DNA from: Bacteroidota bacterium | Lineage (GTDB): Bacteria; Bacteroidota; Bacteroidia; UBA8524 | DNA: 64,000 bases | Assembly (NCBI GenBank): GCA_016124735.1 | Contig: WGMZ01000030.1 | Coordinates: 8,454 to 72,453, forward strand | Direction: 5' to 3' | Part shown: positions 40,163 to 48,635 of the stretch, piece after piece | How positions within the stretch are numbered: position 1 is the first letter of the stretch | Layout: the number at the start of each line of letters is the position of its first letter | Notes under the pieces: generated by a model | Database searches by the model: none | Told to the model about the DNA's origin: nothing | Seen by the model: the letters and a program-made list of their open reading frames with translations, nothing else | Program-made: the position numbers and the translations under genes

Positions 40163-42214
40163 TTAGTGCAAATTATAATTGGTAGAAGTAAACAACTGAA
40201 TTTGTACCGGTCGATTCAATTCTTTGTAGTTGTACAGAAAAATAGTTTTTGTGCACGTTCCAACGGCATCAAATCGTTTCGTTATGCTCCATTTAGAGTA
40301 ATTCGTATTCACACGAATACGGCTGTCGGGCTGTATAAAAACTGTATCGGTTTGCAAGCTATTGGCGTACATAGCTAAATGACCTTCCAGTTCTAAATAA
40401 TTAATCGCAATACCTGTCACAGAAAGTGAGCCTTCTAAATTCGACGTGGTAGAATTCTTCATCTTTACAAAAGGGATTGTCAGACTATTTGAGCTGTACA
40501 GGTTCAATAAATCATGCCCATACAGTTGAAGTCCACTCACTGAGAGTAGCGAAGGTGTGTTATTGAAATTAATATTTCCTGAATTCACATCCAGTACCGT
40601 ATTTGATAAATTAAGTGTTGTTCCCGTTCTGTAACTAAGTGTCAAATAATCAACATGCACAGATTTATTACTCAGGTCCAGACTTCCAAAAACAATCAAA
40701 TGGTTGAAGCTTAAGCTACCCTCTGGAAAATGAATTTCATGACCATTGCCATAGTACGTTACCGAATGAATTACTGAACCATTAAAAATGCCTTGACAGT
40801 CGGTATTAATATCGAACCAAACATTGCCATCGACTAAGGCAGAGGTATTCACCAATATAAAGATATTCCCCAACAGGGTCAGGCGTTGTCCGGGACTCAT
40901 GGATAGGGAAAGCAGCTTGGTACTCTTGATATACAGCCCACCATATTCCTGCGAATGTTCAGAAAACACTGTATCCGATTGCGAGAAAGATGAATCGTCA
41001 AAAATGACTGTATCGCAGCCGATCGGAAGACAATTATAGGGTGTGCCACCCGAAGTGAGGGCCCAATGGGAAGAGTCTTCCATACTGCCTCTTCCGCCAA
41101 CCCAGTATAATTTTTTCGCCGTTCGCTCATTTACAAAATTGATTCCCGAGTTACCGCCGAGGTCAGCGGAATATGGAATGTTTTGGGTAGTAGCGAATTG
41201 GACATTTTTAAAGCTGCAATAAGAAAGATCCTGGACAAATGAAGCTGGAAATTGAACGGGATAATTCGTGCTACCTTCCACCTTGATCAAATGAGTACAA
41301 CTTCCTTGTCCGGAAATGTACGATACATTCGCAGTAGAACTGCTAAATGCAATGTTGGAAAGTCCTGACAAAAGGATACTATCTATGGTCAACTTAGAAT
41401 AATAGGGTACCCCAATATTGACATCATTCGAAATAATCTTTCCGATTTTTCCAATAGGAATACTCGGAGAATAAGAATACAAACCTTTCAAAGGGACAAT
41501 GCATTTTATTTCAGCATAGCTAGCTGAATTCCAAAGGCTTAATAATTCCAAATCTACCAAAGTCGAATTCACAGCTAAAAAACTATCCTGAGAAAGCATT
41601 GCCTTACCGATGTAAATGAACTTCGACAAACATTCAATGGTTATGCCCGGAGGGTTCAATTGAGGGCGGGAGATTTGCGATATCCTGAGTGAGTCCGCAT
41701 TTATTCGTAAACGACCTCTGTATAAGGATAAATACCGGATATCTGCCGTATCTGAAAGCAACCAGTTTCCGGGACCATCCAACGAAAGCAATGGAATAAC
41801 CGTATGGTCCAAACGAATCTGATTGCTATAATTGGCATTAGCCGTTACGGCCAGATTGATTTGATTGTGAAGGGTAACATTCCGGTTTAGCACAAGGTCG
41901 ATGTAAATGTTCAGCTTCACACTCTGATTTACAGGTGCAATTAATGCATTATTGGAAGATTGATACAGCAGGCTTCCACAATAGGCAATATCCGGAAGAT
42001 AGACGGTATCCTGATTTCCTGAAAAGCTGTTGTCATCAAAAATAACCGTATCCTGCGAACCAGGAATAACCGTAAACCGGGTGCTTCCGCCGCTGCTGCT
42101 CGCCCAATTATTCAGGTTACTCCAATCCCCTGATCCTCCGGTCCAATAATACACATAGGCATCCGTGTCAGTTAACGTGAAAAAGAATAATAAAAAGAGG
42201 AATATGCGTAACAA
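40163..42214 (-). CDS. N-terminal 683-aa fragment of the second giant adhesin paralogue (signal peptide, no CTD)
   Basis: The hydrophobic N-terminus is LRIFLFLLFFFTLTDTDA. The only start candidate is TTG at 42214, with no in-frame ATG after the upstream stop. It has two YYW.GG.G.W modules collinear with residues 1-680 of the neighbouring paralogue, and it ends at TAA 40163..40165. Confidence 0.7.
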   Translation of the reverse strand: MLRIFLFLLFFFTLTDTDAYVYYWTGGSGDWSNLNNWASSSGGSTRFTVIPGSQDTVIFDDNSFSGNQDTVYLPDIAYCGSLLYQSSNNALIAPVNQSVKLNIYIDLVLNRNVTLHNQINLAVTANANYSNQIRLDHTVIPLLSLDGPGNWLLSDTADIRYLSLYRGRLRINADSLRISQISRPQLNPPGITIECLSKFIYIGKAMLSQDSFLAVNSTLVDLELLSLWNSASYAEIKCIVPLKGLYSYSPSIPIGKIGKIISNDVNIGVPYYSKLTIDSILLSGLSNIAFSSSTANVSYISGQGSCTHLIKVEGSTNYPVQFPASFVQDLSYCSFKNVQFATTQNIPYSADLGGNSGINFVNERTAKKLYWVGGRGSMEDSSHWALTSGGTPYNCLPIGCDTVIFDDSSFSQSDTVFSEHSQEYGGLYIKSTKLLSLSMSPGQRLTLLGNIFILVNTSALVDGNVWFDINTDCQGIFNGSVIHSVTYYGNGHEIHFPEGSLSFNHLIVFGSLDLSNKSVHVDYLTLSYRTGTTLNLSNTVLDVNSGNINFNNTPSLLSVSGLQLYGHDLLNLYSSNSLTIPFVKMKNSTTSNLEGSLSVTGIAINYLELEGHLAMYANSLQTDTVFIQPDSRIRVNTNYSKWSITKRFDAVGTCTKTIFLYNYKELNRPVQIQLFTSTNYNLH

Positions 42215-42253
42215 AACGATTTAGCCAGTTCAAAATACGTAATCCACGAAACT

Positions 42254-43081
42254 TTAAAAAATATAATCGACAACCAGCCAGATAAGTGGAAAAAGAAAGA
42301 TACCATCACCCAACACCCGGTACCACTCGCGTTTTCCAAACTTTTCCGGAAAATAATAAAGCATCTGTAGTGTTAAGTTCATCACCATAAACAGGATAGC
42401 AAATGGCCAATAGCCTTCACTCAAAAGAAATAAACTTGCTGCGAGGTGAAGAATTAGTATTATTTGAATCAATGTTTTCAATACCTGTAAGCCCATAAAC
42501 CGAATGGCCGAAGGATTTGCATCCTGAAAATCAGGTTTCATCTCCCTCATTGAAAAAATAAAAAGGTTGGAAAGAGCCAGGGTAAAGATTAAAAAGAGAA
42601 AAAAATATTGGCTTAAATCCAGGGGCCAGGCGTGATGTACCGGTATAAAACTTACTCCAAAAGTATAACAAGCCGCAATAAAAACTTCCTTAAGGACGTA
42701 ACGAAACTGCGTTTTACGTGCCCATATAAGACTTAAAAAATACAACAGGATGAAACCGGACAAACCAACGGCTAGTCGAAACAGAGTAACACCTGTATCC
42801 CGAGGCACCACCAAAATAAAACCGAAGACTCCAACAATTGCCGCGCTCAATATCATCTTAAAGTGAATTTGATGAAAGCGATGGCGAGGTGTATTGGCCT
42901 CATGAGGAATATTCTTTGCATCCATCAAATGGTCGGCAGTGTAAATCAACCAGGTAGTCAGACTTAATAGAAAATAATACACCCCGTCCACATGCACTTC
43001 CAGGAATGAAGCAGTAAATGCCATCATGACTGCAGCGCCGATGGCCACGTCAAGGCTGAGATGTCGGATATACTTATACAT
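42254..43081 (-). CDS. Polytopic membrane protein, UbiA prenyltransferase-like (tentative)
   Basis: It has about 8 predicted TM helices. Two Asp-containing loop motifs sit where UbiA-family Asp-rich motifs lie ([10 protein letters not shown]...R.R and [11 protein letters not shown]). It overlaps the tdk stop by 8 nt. Confidence 0.45.
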   Translation of the reverse strand: MYKYIRHLSLDVAIGAAVMMAFTASFLEVHVDGVYYFLLSLTTWLIYTADHLMDAKNIPHEANTPRHRFHQIHFKMILSAAIVGVFGFILVVPRDTGVTLFRLAVGLSGFILLYFLSLIWARKTQFRYVLKEVFIAACYTFGVSFIPVHHAWPLDLSQYFFLFLIFTLALSNLFIFSMREMKPDFQDANPSAIRFMGLQVLKTLIQIILILHLAASLFLLSEGYWPFAILFMVMNLTLQMLYYFPEKFGKREWYRVLGDGIFLFPLIWLVVDYIF

Positions 43082-43658
43082 GGCCTTTCATGCCTTCTTC
43101 AAAATGTTTTCGGCATCGGGGTTCATAGCTTTCTTTCTCTCCCAGCAGTATTTGAGATGGATGGGCCTGCAAACGATAGGAATACAAAGCTACATCGCCA
43201 CAAATAGAACAGATGGCATGGACTTTTGTTACATATTCTGCCTTGGCCATCAAAGCTGGCATAGGACCAAATGGTTCTCCCTTAAAATCCATATCTAATC
43301 CGGCAACAATTACGCGCACTCCTCTTGATGCCAACTCATCACATATCCGGGTCAATTCCAGATCAAAAAATTGTGCTTCGTCGATTGCAACTACCTGGGC
43401 ACCGCCATATAAGAGAAGAATATTTACAGATGACTCTACCGCCTGGGCTGCCAATGCATTTTCATCATGCGAAACCACGTCTTGTTCATGGTAGCGGTTG
43501 TCGATTGCCGGCTTATAAATTTCAATAATCTGTTTAGCAAACTGGGCACGACGAACTCTTCGGATTAACTCTTCTGTTTTGCCAGAAAACATGGAACCGC
43601 AGATTACTTCAATCCATCCTTTATCGGTCCCGTATCCGTGTTTCGGCTCAATAAACAT
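43074..43658 (-). CDS. tdk: Thymidine kinase
   Basis: It has the P-loop [14 protein letters not shown], the motif [10 protein letters not shown], and a C-terminal zinc ribbon with Cys pairs (CSICGD...PRCRKH). The protein is 194 aa. Confidence 0.92.
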   Translation of the reverse strand: MFIEPKHGYGTDKGWIEVICGSMFSGKTEELIRRVRRAQFAKQIIEIYKPAIDNRYHEQDVVSHDENALAAQAVESSVNILLLYGGAQVVAIDEAQFFDLELTRICDELASRGVRVIVAGLDMDFKGEPFGPMPALMAKAEYVTKVHAICSICGDVALYSYRLQAHPSQILLGEKESYEPRCRKHFEEGMKGHV

Positions 43659-43744
43659 AATGCAGCTGTATTATCCTTCCTTTCTTCACATGCCATTGTG
43701 CATTACTTATGCATGTTGAATAGGGTCAATGCAAATGACGGGCT

Positions 43745-43752
43745 TAATTTTG
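43745..43752 (+). promoter_or_regulatory. Candidate Bacteroidota -7 promoter box (TAnnTTTG)
   Basis: TAATTTTG lies 21 nt upstream of the ATG at 43773, in a 114-bp divergent intergenic region. Confidence 0.3.
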
Positions 43753-43772
43753 TTTGGTACAAGTAAGAAACC

Positions 43773-44456
43773 ATGTCAAAAAGAAATAGCCTTCACCAGA
43801 ATATCACTCATTTGCTGAATGAAATTAATACCCTCAATCAGGATATGCATGGCCGTAACGACCTGTCTGTGCTGGATATAGATTTAATGAGAAAGCATGT
43901 AATCGACTTGTACGAACAGGTAAATCAATTGCGGTTGGTGATGAAGGAGGAGGTCGAGGTTGAGGATATGGTTGAGGTAGAGGTTGAGATTGAAGCAGCG
44001 GAAACTCCGGTTGAGATGGCACCACCTATTGTTGAGGAAATTGAAAAACCAATAGCGGAATCGAATACCGAAGAAACTCCTTCAACAGAGAATGTGGAAG
44101 AAGTGGTTCAGGAGCCGATTGAAAAAATAAAAGAGCCGGAACCAAAGGCGAAAAAAGAAACGAGCACTGATTCTCATGAGGAAGAGCCAAATGACCTGGC
44201 CTCTAAATTCAGCAACACACCAATCAGTGACCTGAAACAAGCCATTTCGATAGCCAAAAAATTTGAGATGATTAATTCCCTCTTCGGAGGTGATGTACAA
44301 ATGTATTCTTTGGCCATTCATCATATCAATAATCTTCAATCTGGAGATGACGCATTCACCTACCTGCATCAAATGAAACAAGAGCGGCATTGGGATGAAG
44401 AAGATAAAAACTTCATGGAACTCGCCAATCTGGTAAGAAGACGCTTTTTGGGATAA
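43773..44456 (+). CDS. Hypothetical protein with acidic low-complexity linker
   Basis: The 227-aa ORF has a helical N-terminal segment, an EVEVEDMVEVEVEIE acidic linker and a conserved-looking C-terminal ~90 aa. I recognise no motif. Confidence 0.5.
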   Translation: MSKRNSLHQNITHLLNEINTLNQDMHGRNDLSVLDIDLMRKHVIDLYEQVNQLRLVMKEEVEVEDMVEVEVEIEAAETPVEMAPPIVEEIEKPIAESNTEETPSTENVEEVVQEPIEKIKEPEPKAKKETSTDSHEEEPNDLASKFSNTPISDLKQAISIAKKFEMINSLFGGDVQMYSLAIHHINNLQSGDDAFTYLHQMKQERHWDEEDKNFMELANLVRRRFLG

Positions 44457-44537
44457 TTGACTTGTTCCCGACCATATCTTGACCATTTTCTGACTCCAGG
44501 GACATAAGTCCCTGTATAGCATGTGCTTCATTTGTGC

Positions 44538-46562
44538 ATGTACCATTTCTGGCGCCAAAATCCTCTGTTACGCCCTGCCTTGTTTTTCCTTTCGGGTATT
44601 GCGTTGGAAGAGTCTTTCTGCGGATTGCTGCCCGGAATTATTCTCTTTATAACTTGCATGTTGGCTTTATTAATTCCAGCCATCTTCAAGATGCGCAGAT
44701 CTGTTCTGCCTGCTTTGTTATTCTTTTTTCTCGGAATCGCATTTCATCACACCAATCAAGCAGATGCAATTGAACCATTTGAAGGCATTGTATGTCTGAA
44801 GGTCAGTTCCCCTGTTCGAATCAAAGAAAAAGGCCTGCTCTTCACCGCAACAATCACCGAAACGAATCTGACGTATTTTAAATCTCCTGCGAAAAAACAA
44901 ATTCGTGTCTACCTGAAAGGCCGTTACCTGAATCCTCCATTTGGCCTGGGAGATTGTCTCCTTGCGGATTTGTCTGTTAGTGGATTACCACAACCAGACA
45001 ATCCGGGAGCCTATGATTACGGGGTCTACCTGAAACGAAAAAATGTATGGGGCCAGGCTTTTTTAGATTCTGGGAGCTGGAATATTATAGCACACCAACA
45101 TTCCCTTTTTGAGTTGGCAGAAACAAATCGAAATACAGTTCTTCAAATTATCGACCACCATATTCAATCCAGTCAAGACCGTGCCATGTTAAAAGCGCTC
45201 CTTTGCGGCTATACAGAAGACCTGGATGCTGAAACAAGATCTGATTTTTCGGGAAGTGGTATCATGCATATGCTCGCCATATCGGGAATGCACATGGGAA
45301 TTATATTATTGATACTGCAAAGGCTGTTTCACTTTATTCCGAACCGGGTTCTCCGAATTGCTTCACTAATTCTGTCCTTGTGGGCGTTTGCCGTCTTTAC
45401 CGGAATGTCTCCTTCTGTATTACGCGCCTGCACCATGTGCAGTTTGTACTTACTGGGAGACTTGTTCGAACGCAGGCACAATGCATGGAATGCTGTGGCA
45501 TTCGCCTTGCTGGTTTTACTCACATACAATACCCAATTACTTTTTAATGCAGGATTCCAATTGTCATTTTTTGCACTGGGAGGAATTCTTCTCTCTCTTC
45601 CATCCCATTCTCAACGACCCGCTAATTGGATGAGGCGCTTCCTGCAGCAAATCAGGCTCTTGATTCTGATTTCGCTTTCTGCCCAAATTGCCACCTTACC
45701 GGTTGCTCTGCCTTTGTTTCACAGCTTTCCATTGTACTTTTTACTCGGGAATATTCTCATTGTTCCTCTGGCTGCGCCAATCATGTATCTGGGTCTGGCA
45801 TTGATTGCCTTTAATTGGGTTCCCTTACTTTCTTCCGGCATTGCTTTTTGTCTGGACTTCATGCTGAAGAGCTGCCGCTTTTTGGCTGGGGTGATCTCTT
45901 CTCTTCCTCATTCTCAAATGGATTTTAGCCATTGGACACCCGAAGACAGTCTCTGGTATATAATCTTCCTCCTTGGGATTCTTGTGATTTGGAAATTGAA
46001 AGAATCTCACAACTTTATTCCACCAATTCTGCTTGCCATTTTTCTCCTCATTAACTCCGTTGATTCATTGATACAGAGAAATAAGAAGTGCGGCCTGGTG
46101 GTATTCAAAGAGAAGGCCTCAACCTGGTTATGCTATTATGAACAAGGTAGCGCTGTGGTTTATGGGAATAACCCTGGGTCCGATGGATTTATCAGGATTG
46201 TAAATCCCTTTCTACAAAGTGAGGGACTGTCGCATAACGGACAATTCCATCCTCTAAGCGAGAATACGCTAATAACATTTCCAAAATGCAGGATATTTTA
46301 TGCTACCGGTGCGCTTCCCGGCATGCTGGAAGCTACAGAAATTCCGTCCATTTTGGTGCTGGATAAAAATGCTGAACTTGACCCTATATTTCTGAGCGAC
46401 TCCCTCAATTTTTGTAACATTGTGCTCGCAGAGAATTTAGGGTACTGGCAACGACAAAAATGCCTGCCTTTTCTTTCCTCTGACACGAACAAGATATACG
46501 ACATTCGCTCCTTGGGAGCCTTTCAAATTGATTTATGGAACTATTCGTCCAATATGAAATAA
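44538..46562 (+). CDS. ComEC/Rec2-family DNA internalisation channel protein (no metallo-beta-lactamase domain)
   Basis: The first ATG is at 44538; the track start is a GTG. It has an N-terminal OB/DUF4131-like part and a Competence-domain TM core (SGSGIMHMLAISGMHMGIILL). Confidence 0.8.
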   Translation: MYHFWRQNPLLRPALFFLSGIALEESFCGLLPGIILFITCMLALLIPAIFKMRRSVLPALLFFFLGIAFHHTNQADAIEPFEGIVCLKVSSPVRIKEKGLLFTATITETNLTYFKSPAKKQIRVYLKGRYLNPPFGLGDCLLADLSVSGLPQPDNPGAYDYGVYLKRKNVWGQAFLDSGSWNIIAHQHSLFELAETNRNTVLQIIDHHIQSSQDRAMLKALLCGYTEDLDAETRSDFSGSGIMHMLAISGMHMGIILLILQRLFHFIPNRVLRIASLILSLWAFAVFTGMSPSVLRACTMCSLYLLGDLFERRHNAWNAVAFALLVLLTYNTQLLFNAGFQLSFFALGGILLSLPSHSQRPANWMRRFLQQIRLLILISLSAQIATLPVALPLFHSFPLYFLLGNILIVPLAAPIMYLGLALIAFNWVPLLSSGIAFCLDFMLKSCRFLAGVISSLPHSQMDFSHWTPEDSLWYIIFLLGILVIWKLKESHNFIPPILLAIFLLINSVDSLIQRNKKCGLVVFKEKASTWLCYYEQGSAVVYGNNPGSDGFIRIVNPFLQSEGLSHNGQFHPLSENTLITFPKCRIFYATGALPGMLEATEIPSILVLDKNAELDPIFLSDSLNFCNIVLAENLGYWQRQKCLPFLSSDTNKIYDIRSLGAFQIDLWNYSSNMK

Positions 46563-47311
46563 CAGACCGGGTGGCATATATTACCATGAACCGTCCCGAG
46601 AAAAGAAATGCCTTGAGTGCAGAAATGGTTACCCAGCTAAAAGTGGCGGTGCAAAAAGCAGAAAAAGATGATTCTTGCAAAGTGGTAGTATTGGCTGCAA
46701 CTGGAGAGGCATTCTGTGCAGGTGCTGACCTGGGTTACCTTAAACAGCTGCAGGAAAACTCATACGAGGAAAACCTGCATGATTCCCGGCACTTGATGGA
46801 GCTCTACAAGATGATATACCTGAGCTCGAAAGTATATATTTCCCGTATTCAAGGACCTGCTATTGCCGGTGGATGCGGTCTGGCTTCCATTTGTGATTTT
46901 TCCTACGCTGTTCCTGAAGCGAAATTTGGCTATACGGAAGTAAGAATTGGCTTCATCCCTGCAATTGTAAAAGTGTTTCTAATTCGAAAAATCGGAGAAG
47001 GAAAAGCGCGAGAAATCCTACTCACCGGAGATGTATTTTCTGCCGAAAAAGCCGAAAAAATGGGTCTGATCAACCAGGTGATTCCTGCTGAAAATCTAAA
47101 TGATTTTGTGCATCAATTCGCGAGCAAACTCTGTAATGTAGCTTCGGGCGATTCCCTTGCATTGACGAAAAGAATGATTGCTGAAGTGCAAAACAGAACA
47201 TTGGATGATGCGTTGGATTATGCTGCTGCTGAAAATGCAGAAGCTCGTGCCGGAGCCGACTGCAAACGAGGTATTTCTGCATTTTTAAATAAAGAAAAAA
47301 TTACATGGTGA
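46535..47311 (+). CDS. Enoyl-CoA hydratase/isomerase family protein
   Basis: The crotonase-fold motifs are ITMNRPEKRNAL, GEAFCAGADL and GPAIAGGCGL. The protein is 258 aa. Confidence 0.85.
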   Translation: MELFVQYEITDRVAYITMNRPEKRNALSAEMVTQLKVAVQKAEKDDSCKVVVLAATGEAFCAGADLGYLKQLQENSYEENLHDSRHLMELYKMIYLSSKVYISRIQGPAIAGGCGLASICDFSYAVPEAKFGYTEVRIGFIPAIVKVFLIRKIGEGKAREILLTGDVFSAEKAEKMGLINQVIPAENLNDFVHQFASKLCNVASGDSLALTKRMIAEVQNRTLDDALDYAAAENAEARAGADCKRGISAFLNKEKITW

Positions 47312-48090
47312 TGCAGTGGATTGATACCCATACCCACCTCTTTAGCGAGAATTTCAAATCTGATATTGATAAAGTAGTTGAAGAGTGTCTCGAAAGAAAT
47401 ATTCAACCCCTTCTGCTTCCGAATATCGATAGCGAATCCGTTGAATCATTGGAAAAACTGACAGATAATTACCCGGGGATTTGCCTTCCTATGATGGGGC
47501 TCCATCCTACTTCCGTCAACGCAGGTTTCAGAGAAGAACTCCGTAATATTTACGCTCTGCTGAAAGCCCGTCCGGAACGATACGTCGCGGTAGGAGAAAT
47601 TGGAACCGATTTGTATTGGGATAAAACCTTTGAAAGAGAGATGGATATCGCCTTCCGAGAACAAATACGTTGGGCACTGGAATTTGATAAGCCTATTGTT
47701 ATTCATTCCCGTGACTCACTCGACTGGAACATTGAAATTGTGAAGGAAATAAAGCAGAAAGAACCGAATCTCAAGGGAGTCTTTCATTGCTTCAATGGCA
47801 CAATAGAGCAGGCCAAAGAAATTGGGGAAATGGGCTTTTATATGGGAATTGGAGGGGTTATTACTTTTAAAAATGCCGGGGTCGACAAAACCCTCGCAGA
47901 AGTCCCGATGGATTTTCTTGTCATGGAGACGGATGCTCCTTTCCTGGCACCTGTTCCTTACCGCGGACAAAGAAACAGCAGTGAGTATATTCCACTGATT
48001 GCACAAAAATTAGCAGAGATAAAAGACCTGCCACTCAGCGAAGTGTCGCGAATTACCACAGAAAATGCCAAGAGCCTTTTCCAGATATAA
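47305..48090 (+). CDS. TatD-family metal-dependent hydrolase
   Basis: The motifs are IDTHTHL, AVGEIGTDLYW, PIVIHSRD, FHCFNG and METDAPFL. The start overlaps the upstream stop, with ATG at 47305 or 47311. Confidence 0.9.
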   Translation: MVMQWIDTHTHLFSENFKSDIDKVVEECLERNIQPLLLPNIDSESVESLEKLTDNYPGICLPMMGLHPTSVNAGFREELRNIYALLKARPERYVAVGEIGTDLYWDKTFEREMDIAFREQIRWALEFDKPIVIHSRDSLDWNIEIVKEIKQKEPNLKGVFHCFNGTIEQAKEIGEMGFYMGIGGVITFKNAGVDKTLAEVPMDFLVMETDAPFLAPVPYRGQRNSSEYIPLIAQKLAEIKDLPLSEVSRITTENAKSLFQI

Positions 48091-48131
48091 AATTTTCTTA
48101 CTTTTGCAATCCTTCTGAGGAAGGCAACCAC

Positions 48132-48216
48132 GGAGAGGTGCAGGAGTGGTTGAACTGGCACGCCTGGAAAGCGTGTATACCGCAAGGTATCGAGGGTTCG
48201 AATCCCTCTCTCTCCG
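48132..48216 (+). tRNA. tRNA-Ser (anticodon GGA), type II with long variable arm
   Basis: I folded it by hand. The acceptor stem is GGAGAGG/TCTCTCC with one G-U pair. The D arm is CAG/CTG. The anticodon stem is CACGC/GCGTG with loop CTGGAAA. The variable arm is ATACC-GCAA-GGTAT. The T arm is GAGGG-TTCGAAT-CCCTC. The discriminator is G, and CCA is not encoded. Confidence 0.9.
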
Positions 48217-48231
48217 CAAACAAATCTAAAA

Positions 48232-48260
48232 CCGGCCCCTAAAGGGGTCGGATTTTTATT
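48232..48260 (+). terminator. Intrinsic terminator after tRNA-Ser
   Basis: The hairpin CCGGCCCC-TAAA-GGGGTCGG (8 bp, one G-U) is followed by ATTTTTATT. Confidence 0.5.
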
Positions 48261-48292
48261 ACCGGCGAGTCGAAGCCAAAGGCTTCAGCGAG

Positions 48293-48617
48293 CAAGGAAA
48301 TAAAAAAAGCGAGAAGCGATGCGAAGCATTGCGACGGTTTTAGATTTGTTTGACGACTCCCATCAGGGATCACGAGCAATGCGAGTAATCCCCGCACAAA
48401 CAAGGAAATAAAAAAAGCGAGAAGCGATGCGAAGCATTGCGACGGTTTTAGATTTGTTTGACGACTCCCCATCAGGGATCATGAGCAATGCGAGTAATCC
48501 CGGCACATACAAGGAAATAAAAAAAGCGAGAAGCGATGCGAAGCATTGCGACGGTTTTAGATTTGTTTGACGACTCCCATCAGGGATCACGAGCAATGCG
48601 AGTAATCCCGGCACATA
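48293..48617. repeat. Tandem repeat, three units of 108, 109 and 108 bp, about 98% identical
   Basis: Units start at 48293, 48401 and 48510, each opening with CAAGGAAATAAAAAAAGCGAGAAGCGATGCGAAGCATTGCGACGG. They differ only by one extra C and 3-4 substitutions. A degenerate fourth unit start (CAAGAAGAAAACAAAAA) follows at 48618. Confidence 0.9.
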
Positions 48618-48635
48618 CAAGAAGAAAACAAAAAT

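Noticed and set aside
43930-44010. A GAGGT/GAGGTT-rich periodic DNA stretch looked like a microsatellite.
   Set aside because: It is in frame and encodes the acidic linker EVEVEDMVEVEVEIE of the 227-aa protein. This is a low-complexity coding region, not a repeat element.
48319-48620. Small ORFs lie inside the tandem repeat. A 30-aa ORF (MRSIATVLDLFDDSHQGSRAMRVIPAQTRK) starts at the ATG of each unit on the plus strand. A 36-aa-periodic open frame runs on the minus strand (track ORFs 48239..48472 and 48363..48620). I briefly considered them as tandem precursor-peptide genes.
   Set aside because: The 1-nt insertion in unit 2 shifts the plus-strand frame and changes the whole C-terminal half. 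Unit 3 lacks the stop and runs antisense into the GT39 gene. The minus-strand frame has no start per unit. The sequence is conserved at the nucleotide level, not the protein level.
48132-48635. I considered whether the tRNA-Ser flank is the attachment site of an integrated element or genomic island.
   Set aside because: No integrase, excisionase, phage or conjugation genes occur on either side. No direct repeat of the tRNA 3' end appears downstream within the window. The flanking genes (TatD, GT39, TauE) look like core chromosome.
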